Assembly: GCA_043826355.1 (NCBI GenBank)
Contig: JBDRQI010000003.1
Span: 18,157-82,156, forward strand
Length of the DNA stretch: 64,000 bases
Reading direction: 5' to 3'
DNA from: Candidatus Omnitrophota bacterium
GTDB taxonomy: Bacteria > Ratteibacteria > UBA8468 > MWAK01
The notes beneath the pieces are model-generated. The model saw only the letters and a list, made by a program, of their open reading frames with translations. It did no database searches and had not been told where the DNA came from. Position 1 is the first letter of the stretch, and every line of letters begins with the position of its first letter. Below are positions 1-8,358 of this stretch, one piece after another. The position numbers and the translations under genes are program-made.

Positions 1-2
1 AC

Positions 3-902
3 CAGGTTGCCCTGATTCCGTTCGGCGGCGCGGTAAAATTGGCCGGGGAAGATGGTTACGGTAAAGAAGAACCGAAAGGCGATGAATATTTTGCCAAACC
101 GGCCGGAAAGCGCGCCCTGATTCTTATTATGGGTTCGCTGCATAACTTTATTCTGGGTTTCCTGGTCTTTGTGCTCGTCTTTATCCTGGGGATACAGACG
201 GTCAATTACCGGCAGCCGCTGGTGGGCGAAATACAACCCGGTTTTCCGGCTCAAAGCATTGGAATTAAAAGTGGGGATTTAATCACCCGGGTCGCCGGCA
301 AGAAGGTGACCGATTGGCTGACCCTGTCCAAAGAAATTCACCGGTACCCGGGTCAGGAAATTAACCTGGAGGTTCTTCGGGAAAAAGAGGTCCTGAATTT
401 CAAAGTTACCCCGAAGAGCGAAACGATTAAAACCGCGCAAGGAGAAGAGACTGTCGGTTTAATCGGTATTATACCGGCCGCAACCAGGGAAAAGTTTGGT
501 ATTATCCCGGCGCTCGGCCGGGCCGGCAAAGAGACATTCCGGGTGGCCGGACTTATCTTCTACTACCTGGGAAAACTATTCACCCGCGAACTTTCCACCC
601 GGGAACTGGCCGGTCCGGTAGGCATTGCCCAGATGACCGGGCAGTTTGTGCAAACCGGTTGGAGCGGTTTTCTTTACTTTCTGGCGCTTTTAAGCGTGAA
701 CCTTTCCATCGTAAACCTGTTCCCTTTCCCGATGCTTGACGGCGGGCACGTTGCCGGCGTGCTGATCGAGCGCATCCGGAAACGCAAGCCCAGCCGACGT
801 TTCCTGGAAATCTCCCAAACGATCGGATTTGGCCTGATAATCCTCCTGGCGCTCTTCGTTACCTATAACGACATTTTAAGAATTTTTAGCAAGCGACCCT
901 GA
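3..902 (+). CDS. rseP: RIP metalloprotease RseP (5' end outside window)
   Basis: Frame is open from position 3 (ALIPFGGAVKLAGE); PDZ-like segment, GPVGI and NLFPFPMLDGGH motifs; upstream of ispG. Confidence 0.93.
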   Translation, partial: QVALIPFGGAVKLAGEDGYGKEEPKGDEYFAKPAGKRALILIMGSLHNFILGFLVFVLVFILGIQTVNYRQPLVGEIQPGFPAQSIGIKSGDLITRVAGKKVTDWLTLSKEIHRYPGQEINLEVLREKEVLNFKVTPKSETIKTAQGEETVGLIGIIPAATREKFGIIPALGRAGKETFRVAGLIFYYLGKLFTRELSTRELAGPVGIAQMTGQFVQTGWSGFLYFLALLSVNLSIVNLFPFPMLDGGHVAGVLIERIRKRKPSRRFLEISQTIGFGLIILLALFVTYNDILRIFSKRP

Positions 903-932
903 AAAAGGGGTCAGACTACGCAATCTTATCTG

Positions 933-2045
933 ATGACTCGCCGAAAGAAAACCTCTCGTCCGGTTCAGGTTGGTACCCTGGTCATTGGCGGCGGCGCCCC
1001 TGTTTCCGTCCAGGGGATGACCAAGACGAAGACCGCAGACCTTAAAAAAACGCTGAATCAAATCATTTCCCTGAAAGATGCCGGCGCGGAGATTATCCGC
1101 CTGGCGATACGCGACCGGGAAGATTTAATTGCGCTTGAATCCCTTCGGAAAAAGACCGCGCTGCCCCTGGTGGCCGATATTCATTTCCAAAGCGAACTGG
1201 CTTTAGCCGCCATCAAAGCCGGTGCGGACAAAATCCGGCTTAACCCCGGAAACATCAAAAACCCGGAAGAACTGAAGAAGATTACCAGAGAAGCAAAAAA
1301 GAGAGAAGTTGCCATCAGGGTCGGGGTTAATTCCGGTTCTTTGAATTTTCCCCCTCATCATGCCTCTCCCCACAGGGGAGAGGGAAACAAATCAGTTCTT
1401 GCCTGCGCCATGGTTTCCGCAGCCAAAAACTACCTGAAAATTTTTGAAGCCGAAGATTTCCAAAATTTAATCTTTTCCCTTAAGTCGTCTTCGGTCCGAA
1501 CTACCATCCTGGCAAACCGCATATTCAGCCGGCAATTCGATTATCCCCTGCACCTGGGAATTACCGAATCGGGCCGGGGTAATATAGCCCTGGTCAAAAG
1601 CGCAATCGGCATCGGCGCTCTCCTGGAAGAAGGAATCGGCGACACGATCCGGGTATCCCTGTCCGAATCTCCGGAAGAAGAAATTAGGGCCGGACGTCAG
1701 ATTCTTCAGGCGCTGGGATTGAGATATTTTTACCCGGAAATTATCTCCTGTCCAACCTGCGGTCGTTGCCGGGTTAATCTTTTTGGAATCTTGCGAAAAG
1801 TGGAGGCCGGACTCAAAGGGCTGCCCGGTTATCCCCGGGATTATGCGGGACTCAAGGTTGCGGTAATGGGCTGTGAGGTTAATGGCCCGGGTGAAGCCGC
1901 AGCCGCCGATATCGGCATTGCCGCCGGCCGCAAAACCGGTCTTCTTTTTGCAAAAGGAAGGAAGGTTGCCAGAACCAGCGAAAGAGAACTACCGTCCATC
2001 CTTTTGAGGGAAATTCTCAAATTGCGAAGAATACGCGGCAAATGA
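933..2045 (+). CDS. ispG: (E)-4-hydroxy-3-methylbut-2-enyl-diphosphate synthase
   Basis: PLVADIHF, RLNPGNI, GIGDTIRVSL, CPTCGRC and MGCEVNGPGEA motifs. Confidence 0.97.
   Translation: MTRRKKTSRPVQVGTLVIGGGAPVSVQGMTKTKTADLKKTLNQIISLKDAGAEIIRLAIRDREDLIALESLRKKTALPLVADIHFQSELALAAIKAGADKIRLNPGNIKNPEELKKITREAKKREVAIRVGVNSGSLNFPPHHASPHRGEGNKSVLACAMVSAAKNYLKIFEAEDFQNLIFSLKSSSVRTTILANRIFSRQFDYPLHLGITESGRGNIALVKSAIGIGALLEEGIGDTIRVSLSESPEEEIRAGRQILQALGLRYFYPEIISCPTCGRCRVNLFGILRKVEAGLKGLPGYPRDYAGLKVAVMGCEVNGPGEAAAADIGIAAGRKTGLLFAKGRKVARTSERELPSILLREILKLRRIRGK
1350..1385. repeat. Palindromic REP/RPE-like element in frame inside ispG
   Basis: ccccctcatcatgcctctccccacaggggagaggga with CCTCTCCCC/GGGGAGAGG stem; encodes PHHASPHRGEG. 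Confidence 0.6.
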
Positions 2046-2075
2046 TAAGATAATTTGCGGGAGGGTGCAAACATC

Positions 2076-2516
2076 ATGGAACAGGACTTACTTGCGTATG
2101 CCTGTAAACTTCTTGGCCAGCGGGCCTACACCCGCTTGAAAATGGCTCAGAAACTGGCTGGTAGAGGGGAACCGGAAAACGTGGAAACCGTTCTGGATAA
2201 ACTGACGGAATCTGGTTATCTTGATGACCGGGATTTTGCCCGGGAGTACATCCGACAGCGATTAACTACCCGTCCTTCCGGCCGGCGGCTCCTGGAAATG
2301 AAACTAAGAACCAAAGGAATCTCAAAGACGGCAATCGGGGAAGTCCTTGATGAACTTGAACCGGAGGCGGAAGAAGCCGCAGCGCAAAGCCTGGCGACAA
2401 AAAAGGCGGCTGCCCTTAAAAACCTGGAACCGATAGTTCGAAAAAGACGTATTTTCCAGTTTTTGATAAACCGGGGTTTTTCGCCGGGAATTGCAGCAAA
2501 GTACTCAAATTTATAG
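2076..2516 (+). CDS. recX: Regulatory protein RecX
   Basis: GYLDDRDFA, LRTKGI and FLINRGFS motifs; SD-like GGGAGG before ATG 2076; upstream of alaS. Confidence 0.88.
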   Translation: MEQDLLAYACKLLGQRAYTRLKMAQKLAGRGEPENVETVLDKLTESGYLDDRDFAREYIRQRLTTRPSGRRLLEMKLRTKGISKTAIGEVLDELEPEAEEAAAQSLATKKAAALKNLEPIVRKRRIFQFLINRGFSPGIAAKYSNL

Positions 2517-2544
2517 TTTGATTTTATTAAAGTGAGGATATCCG

Positions 2545-5163
2545 GTGCAAAGTTTTGAAATAAGGCAAAAATATCTTGATTTTTTTAAGGAAAAAGGGCA
2601 TACCGTTGTGCCGGGAATTTCCCTGATACCTCCGGAGGACCCGACATTACTGTTCACTTCGGCCGGAATGGTTCCCTTCAAGAATTTCTGGACCGGTTCC
2701 GGTGAAATCCCGTATGTCCGGGCTGCGTCCTGCCAGAAATGCCTTCGGGCCGGCGGCAAAGACAGCGATTTGGATAATGTGGGTTTTGATTTTCGGCATA
2801 ACACCTTTCTGGAAATGTTGGGTAATTTTTCTTTTGGAGACTATTTTAAAGAAGGCGCGATTGAATTTGCCTGGGAATTTCTGCTGCAACGCCTGAAACT
2901 GCCGGAAACAAATCTTTGGGTATCGGTTTACACCGAAGACCGGGAAGCGGTTGAAATCTGGAAAAAATACCTGCCGGATAAACGGATTGTCCGGCTGGGC
3001 GCAAAAGATAATTTCTGGGGACCGGCCGGCGAAACCGGCGTTTGCGGTCCCTGTTCTGAAATATATTTTGACCGCGGTCCGGCTTTTTCCTGCGGGAAAA
3101 TTTCCTGCAAACCGGGCTGTGATTGTGAAAAATACCTGGAGTTCTGGAACCTTGTTTTTCCCCAATTCAATAAAACCAAAAACGGCGAACTTCTGCCTTT
3201 AAAGCGCCGCGGGATAGATACCGGAATGGGTCTGGAGCGAATTACCACACTGTGTCAAGGGGCTGAATCAAACTTTGACACCGACCTGTTCCTGCCGATA
3301 ATCAAAAAACTGGAAACGCTTTCCGGGATTATTTACCGGAAAAACAACGATACCCGGTCCGCTTTTCGCGCGGTAGTTGACCATGTTCGCGCTTTAACCT
3401 TTACCATTGCGGAAAATATAGTTCCCGGTAACGAAGGAAGGGGATATGTCGTTCGCCGGATTTTGAGGCGGGCGGTGCAATTTTTGCAGGTGCTGCAGGT
3501 GGACAAACCGCTTCTTGCCGAACTCGTTCCCGAAGTTGTCCGGATAATGGGCGCATATTATCCGTATCTCCCGGAACGGGAGGGATTCGTCCGGGAAACG
3601 ATTGCCGGCGAAGAAGACCGTTTTCTGAATCTTCTTTCAGAAAGCCGAACCCTTTTCAAGAGGTTCAAAACAGAATTTAAGGATAAAACCCTGCCCGGCA
3701 AAATCGCTTTCCAACTTTACGACACCCACGGTCTTCCGCTGGACACAATCAAGGAAATCGCGGTTGAAAATGGCCTTTTTTTTGATGAAACCGGGTTTGA
3801 ACTGGAAATGACCAGACAAAAAGCGGCCGGCCGCAAAGCTACCTCTTTTGATCTGATTGCCGACCGCAGTTGCCTGGCCGGGCTTTCACCCACCAAGTTT
3901 GTCGGTTACCAAACCGGTACTGCCCGGTCTTCCGTACTGGCAATTATCCCGGCTAAAAATAACCGGTATTCTCTGGTTTTATCGGAAACACCTTTTTACC
4001 CGGAACGGGGCGGACAGCAGGGAGATGCCGGAATAATCAGCGGGGACGGTTTTCGGTTTAATGTCTCGGAAACCAGGGTGGACGAATCCGGCTTTATCCA
4101 CCATCTGGGTTTATTCCAAAAAGGAACTGCGGTCAAGAATGACGCTGTAACCGCACAGGTGGATTCAGAAATACGCCAACAGATTGCGGCAAACCATACC
4201 GCCACCCATCTTCTCCATTCGTCCCTGCGCCAAATTTTGGGTAACGAAGTAAAACAGGCCGGTTCCCTGGTGACGCCTGAATCGCTGCGTTTTGACTTTC
4301 TTTTTTCCGGAGAAATAGAACAAGAGAAACTTGGCAGCGTTGAAGAATTAGTTAATGAAAAAGTGCGGTCAAACCTGCCGGTGACGATAACGGAAAAAGA
4401 ATTAAAGGAAGCCATGGCCGAAGGCGCCATCGCTTTATTTACCGAAAAATACGGCGAAAAAGTCCGGGTAATCACCGCCGGTAATTTCAGCAAAGAAGTT
4501 TGCGGCGGAACCCACCTTGATTACACCGGCGGCATCGGCCTCTGCCTGTTTGCCAGTTTCGCTTCGATCGGACAGGGGGTGAAACGGATTGAAGCGGTTA
4601 CCGGAAAAGCTGCCTATTCCCGGATAAAGGAACGGGAACGGCACCTTTTGGAACTGGCTGCCTGCCTGAAGGTGGAACCGGCCTTGATTCGCCTGGAAAT
4701 AGAACGGCGCACGGAAGAACACCGGAAGCTGAAAATAAAATCCGACGCCTTTTTTTCCGCCTATCTCCACCGGGAGGCTGACAAAATAATCAAGGGCAAA
4801 AAATCTGTTGCCGGAATTAATCTTCTGACGACAACCCAGTTGTTGCTTTCACCGGAAGAGGCAAGGACTTTGATTGATTATCTTAAAAAAAAGTCTCCGG
4901 AAAGCGTCATACTGGTACTGCTTTCCGGAACGGATAAATCCCAAATTTTTCTGGGCTTAACTCCCGATATTATCCCCCGGGGTTTAAAAGCCAACGAAAT
5001 CTTACGACAAGCCGCCGGGTTGCTGGGCGGTGGAGCAGGGGGCCGGGCCGATTTTGCCCAGGCCGGTTTGAAAGGGAGAGTAAACCTGGAAGAAGCCGAA
5101 AAGACCCTGATAAAAATTTTGACAAATACTGATGGAAAACCCGGGCGGAACCACCACGGATAG
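2545..5163 (+). CDS. alaS: Alanine--tRNA ligase
   Basis: DPTLLFTSAGMVPFK, IDTGMGLER, NHTATHLL, CGGTH editing motifs and GGGAGGRADFAQAG C-terminus. Confidence 0.98.
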   Translation: MQSFEIRQKYLDFFKEKGHTVVPGISLIPPEDPTLLFTSAGMVPFKNFWTGSGEIPYVRAASCQKCLRAGGKDSDLDNVGFDFRHNTFLEMLGNFSFGDYFKEGAIEFAWEFLLQRLKLPETNLWVSVYTEDREAVEIWKKYLPDKRIVRLGAKDNFWGPAGETGVCGPCSEIYFDRGPAFSCGKISCKPGCDCEKYLEFWNLVFPQFNKTKNGELLPLKRRGIDTGMGLERITTLCQGAESNFDTDLFLPIIKKLETLSGIIYRKNNDTRSAFRAVVDHVRALTFTIAENIVPGNEGRGYVVRRILRRAVQFLQVLQVDKPLLAELVPEVVRIMGAYYPYLPEREGFVRETIAGEEDRFLNLLSESRTLFKRFKTEFKDKTLPGKIAFQLYDTHGLPLDTIKEIAVENGLFFDETGFELEMTRQKAAGRKATSFDLIADRSCLAGLSPTKFVGYQTGTARSSVLAIIPAKNNRYSLVLSETPFYPERGGQQGDAGIISGDGFRFNVSETRVDESGFIHHLGLFQKGTAVKNDAVTAQVDSEIRQQIAANHTATHLLHSSLRQILGNEVKQAGSLVTPESLRFDFLFSGEIEQEKLGSVEELVNEKVRSNLPVTITEKELKEAMAEGAIALFTEKYGEKVRVITAGNFSKEVCGGTHLDYTGGIGLCLFASFASIGQGVKRIEAVTGKAAYSRIKERERHLLELAACLKVEPALIRLEIERRTEEHRKLKIKSDAFFSAYLHREADKIIKGKKSVAGINLLTTTQLLLSPEEARTLIDYLKKKSPESVILVLLSGTDKSQIFLGLTPDIIPRGLKANEILRQAAGLLGGGAGGRADFAQAGLKGRVNLEEAEKTLIKILTNTDGKPGRNHHG

Positions 5164-5336
5164 AAACCGTGGTGCCGCGCTCCATCTTCGGCGGAACCCG
5201 CCGAAGCACGTCCTCCTTCGCGGTGCGGACACTAGGTACCGAGGCGGCAAAGCCGCCTCACTTGCGTCCACGCTACGGCGGACACCCTAAGACGCATTCC
5301 TCCCCGGGCAGAGCCCGGGTCTTTCTGCGAAGGCGG
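5145..5336 (-). mobile_element. Non-autonomous IS200/IS605-type element (PATE/MITE) inserted at the alaS stop codon
   Basis: Subterminal hairpins accacgg-atagaaa-ccgtggt and cccgggc-aga-gcccggg; removal restores CCC GGG TGA ATG (alaS stop abutting sigma start); no target duplication; inserted 3' of TTCAC on the minus strand. Confidence 0.7.
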
Positions 5337-5340
5337 GTGA

Positions 5341-6150
5341 ATGGATGAAATAAAACTATTTACGCGGTTAAAGAAGGGCGACGAAAAGGCGCGGGAAGAG
5401 ATTTTTAAGGCCCACCAAGCGCTGGTTGCTAAAATAGCCTGGAGTTATTCCAAAAAATCAACTCTTTCGGTTGAGGAAATGATCGCCGAAGGATACGTCG
5501 GACTTCTGCAGGCGATTAATAAATTTGACCTGAAGAAGGCGAAATCGAAAGAAGTAAAGTTCGGTTCCTATGCTTTCTGGTGGATAAAGCGTAATATTAT
5601 CAGAGCATTGGTTAAAAAACAGTCAATTCTCTCTATTCCGGAAAATGTTTCGGAGATGGTGCATCGGTATAACCATTTTGCCGTAATTCTTACCCAGACC
5701 CTTGGCCGGGAACCAACCGGGATGGAAGTAAGAAAGCTCCTGACTCTTTCGGAACGGCAGCTGGCGAGCGTCAGCCGAAGCCGCGCCCTGAAAGTAGTCT
5801 CGCTGGACGAACAGATCTTTACCGATAATGAAAACGGTACTCTATCCGATATTATTCCAGCCGAAAATAAGGCGGATATCGAAAAAACCCTGGAGCATGG
5901 TGTCTTGATTGAAAAATATTTTTCGGTGCTCACTCCACTGGAAAAATCCGTGTTGAACCTCCGTTTCGGGCTTCAGGGTCAACCGCAACTGACTTATCGG
6001 GAAATAGCGGAAAATTTTCAGGAGAAATTTAAGAAACCGTTTAGCCGTCAGCGCATTCACCAGATATTCCGCACCGCCCTTAAAAAGATAAAGGCGGGTA
6101 GGGATAAGGAGACAGACCGCAAATGGAAAAGGAAAAATGGCCAGGGCTGA
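5341..6150 (+). CDS. Sigma-70 family RNA polymerase sigma factor (RpoD-like regions 2-4, no region 1.1)
   Basis: EGYVGLLQAINKFD, KFGSYAFWWI, LGREPT, VSLD and SRQRIHQI motifs. Confidence 0.9.
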   Translation: MDEIKLFTRLKKGDEKAREEIFKAHQALVAKIAWSYSKKSTLSVEEMIAEGYVGLLQAINKFDLKKAKSKEVKFGSYAFWWIKRNIIRALVKKQSILSIPENVSEMVHRYNHFAVILTQTLGREPTGMEVRKLLTLSERQLASVSRSRALKVVSLDEQIFTDNENGTLSDIIPAENKADIEKTLEHGVLIEKYFSVLTPLEKSVLNLRFGLQGQPQLTYREIAENFQEKFKKPFSRQRIHQIFRTALKKIKAGRDKETDRKWKRKNGQG

Positions 6151-6641
6151 TTAGGAGTATTCCGGATTTTCCCCGAAAAGGAATTATTTTCCGTGATATA
6201 ACCCCTCTCTTAGGTGACGGAGATGCGTTCCGTTCCGTGGTAAGCCGGCTGGCAAGGGCCTGTCCGGTTGGAACCGAAATGGTAGCCGGCATTGAGGCGC
6301 GTGGTTTTATCTTTGCCGCCGCGGTAGCCAACCAATTAGGGGTTGGTTTCGTGCCGATCCGAAAAATCGGAAAACTTCCCTACCGAACGGAAACGATTAC
6401 CTATGACCTGGAGTACGGAACGGATACCATTGAGGTTCACCTGGATTCCCTGTCCAGAAAAAAAAATGTTGTCCTGATTGATGACCTTTTAGCTACCGGC
6501 GGAACTGCTGCCGCGGCCTGCCGGCTTCTGGAAAAAGTAGGCGGCCGTGTTCTTAAGGCCGTTTTTCTGATCGAATTAGTTGATCTTAAAGGGAGAACGA
6601 AGATACCTGACCGTGCTGTTTCCACCCTGCTGCAATTTTGA
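6123..6641 (+). CDS. apt: Adenine phosphoribosyltransferase
   Basis: IPDFPRKGIIFRDIT, GIEARGF, YDLEYG and VLIDDLLATGGT motifs. Confidence 0.97.
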   Translation: MEKEKWPGLIRSIPDFPRKGIIFRDITPLLGDGDAFRSVVSRLARACPVGTEMVAGIEARGFIFAAAVANQLGVGFVPIRKIGKLPYRTETITYDLEYGTDTIEVHLDSLSRKKNVVLIDDLLATGGTAAAACRLLEKVGGRVLKAVFLIELVDLKGRTKIPDRAVSTLLQF

Positions 6642-6666
6642 TTAAATCCAGGGGATGGGTTATAAT
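6638..6666 (+). promoter_or_regulatory. Sigma70-type promoter of the rpsF operon
   Basis: TTGATT-17 bp-TATAAT upstream of rpsF. Confidence 0.6.
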
Positions 6667-6721
6667 ATTTATTTAAATTAAACACAGCGGACAAACGGAG
6701 ATCCGATAAAAAGGGGGTGTA

Positions 6722-7033
6722 ATGGAACGAGATTATGAGGGATTTATGATTTTAGACCCCACCCTTTCCGAGGAAACGGTTGAAAAAGAGGCGACCAGGA
6801 TAGCCGCTTCTTTTCCGGAAGGAAAGGCAACCTGTCAAAATCTGGGTAGGAAAAAATTTGCCTATCCGATCAAGAAACAGATTCAAGGTTATTATCTGCT
6901 CTGTAATTTCACGGCTGATGCTCAAAAAAGAACTGAATTGGAGCAGACACTGCGCGGTAATCCGGCACTTTTAAGATACCTGATTATCCGGGCGCTGAGA
7001 CCGAAGAAAAAGGATTTAAAGACACAGAATTAA
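6722..7033 (+). CDS. rpsF: 30S ribosomal protein S6
   Basis: YEGFMILDP, GRKKFAYPIKK and GYY motifs; rpsF-ssb-rpsR synteny. Confidence 0.95.
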   Translation: MERDYEGFMILDPTLSEETVEKEATRIAASFPEGKATCQNLGRKKFAYPIKKQIQGYYLLCNFTADAQKRTELEQTLRGNPALLRYLIIRALRPKKKDLKTQN

Positions 7034-7044
7034 GGAGGCAGGGA

Positions 7045-7497
7045 ATGTCGGTAAACATAAACCGCGTAATGCTGGCCGGTAATTTAACCCGTGACCCGGA
7101 GATGCGTTTTACGCCTTCCGGTACCGCAGTTACCAACATAGGATTAGCCGTCAATAGAGAATATACAACCAAGGAAGGTGAGAAAAAAAAGGAAGTGGCG
7201 TTTGTCAGAATCGTTACCTGGGGCAGGCAAGCTCAAAGTTGCCAGGAACATCTCAAAAAAGGGAGCGCTATCCTGGTAGAGGGCAGACTGCAAAGCCGTT
7301 CCTGGGAAACAGCCGAAAAGGAAAAACGCAATACCCTGGAAGTAACCGCCGAAAGAGTTCATTTTTTAACTCGGTCAGACCGGTCAGGCTTTGCCGACCA
7401 GTCAAGCTTCGCCCAGACGAGCCGGCGAACTGAAGAGCAAACGATTGGAGAAGAAAACTTTGAATATGACGAACCAGAGGAACAAAAAGAGGGGTAA
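7045..7497 (+). CDS. ssb: Single-stranded DNA-binding protein
   Basis: [21 protein letters not shown] and [11 protein letters not shown] motifs. Confidence 0.97.
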   Translation: MSVNINRVMLAGNLTRDPEMRFTPSGTAVTNIGLAVNREYTTKEGEKKKEVAFVRIVTWGRQAQSCQEHLKKGSAILVEGRLQSRSWETAEKEKRNTLEVTAERVHFLTRSDRSGFADQSSFAQTSRRTEEQTIGEENFEYDEPEEQKEG

Positions 7498-7729
7498 GAA
7501 AACAAAAAAGGCCAAGCGGTTTTTGATCGCCAAGAAATGCCGTTTTTGCGAAGCCGGTATTCTGGATATTGATTATAAAGACGCCGGAGCCCTGAGACGG
7601 CATCTTTCCAGCCGGGGCAAGATACTTGCGGCGCGATACACCGGAACCTGCGCCCGGCATCAGCGCAAACTGGGCGACGCTATTAAACGCAGCCGTTACA
7701 TGGCTCTCTTACCTTATATTGTTCGGTAA
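7466..7729 (+). CDS. rpsR: 30S ribosomal protein S18 (zinc-binding form)
   Basis: [26 protein letters not shown] and ALLPY motifs; start taken at ATG 7466. Confidence 0.95.
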   Translation: MTNQRNKKRGKKTKKAKRFLIAKKCRFCEAGILDIDYKDAGALRRHLSSRGKILAARYTGTCARHQRKLGDAIKRSRYMALLPYIVR

Positions 7730-7905
7730 AAATTAACAGGAGCAAGGGACGCCGGAATAAAACTGCGCTGGGGTTAATTTATTTTCCCGGTGTGAGAAAA
7801 TTTGAGTTCAGGTGTCTGCCTCGTAAAATAACGATGCGCACCAGACAAAACTCCGCAAACTTTTCCTCATCAGGCACCTTCGCTTAAACATTGAAAGGAG
7901 ATATA

Positions 7906-8358
7906 ATGAAAGTAATCTTGAGAACCGGGGTTGCAAATTTAGGTGAAGCCGGAGAATTAAAAGAAGTAACGGGTGGATTCGCCCGCAATTTTCTTTTACC
8001 CCGGAAACTGGCTTATCCGGCTTCAAAAGCCGCGGAGAAACAAGTGGCAGAAGAACACCTGGCCAACGAACGCCGAACCATAAGGGAACACCGCACGCAA
8101 CTGGAGCTGGCAAGTAAACTCAAAGATGTTTCCCTTACGCTTCAGGTTACGGCTGGAAGCGAAGAACAATTGTACGGTTCGGTCAGTGAGCGTGATATCG
8201 TAACCGCTCTGGCCGCGGAATATCAAATTAAACTGGAAGCAAAAGCGATTAAACTTGAGGAACCGATTAAACAGTTGGGCGTTTATAAGGTGCCGGTCCG
8301 GCTCAGTCCTGAAGTGGAAAGTACCATAACCGTGTGGGTTGTAAAGAACAGTGGATAG
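7906..8358 (+). CDS. rplI: 50S ribosomal protein L9
   Basis: MKVIL, GFARNFLLP, LYGSV and PIKQLG motifs; SD AAGGAG. Confidence 0.97.
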   Translation: MKVILRTGVANLGEAGELKEVTGGFARNFLLPRKLAYPASKAAEKQVAEEHLANERRTIREHRTQLELASKLKDVSLTLQVTAGSEEQLYGSVSERDIVTALAAEYQIKLEAKAIKLEEPIKQLGVYKVPVRLSPEVESTITVWVVKNSG

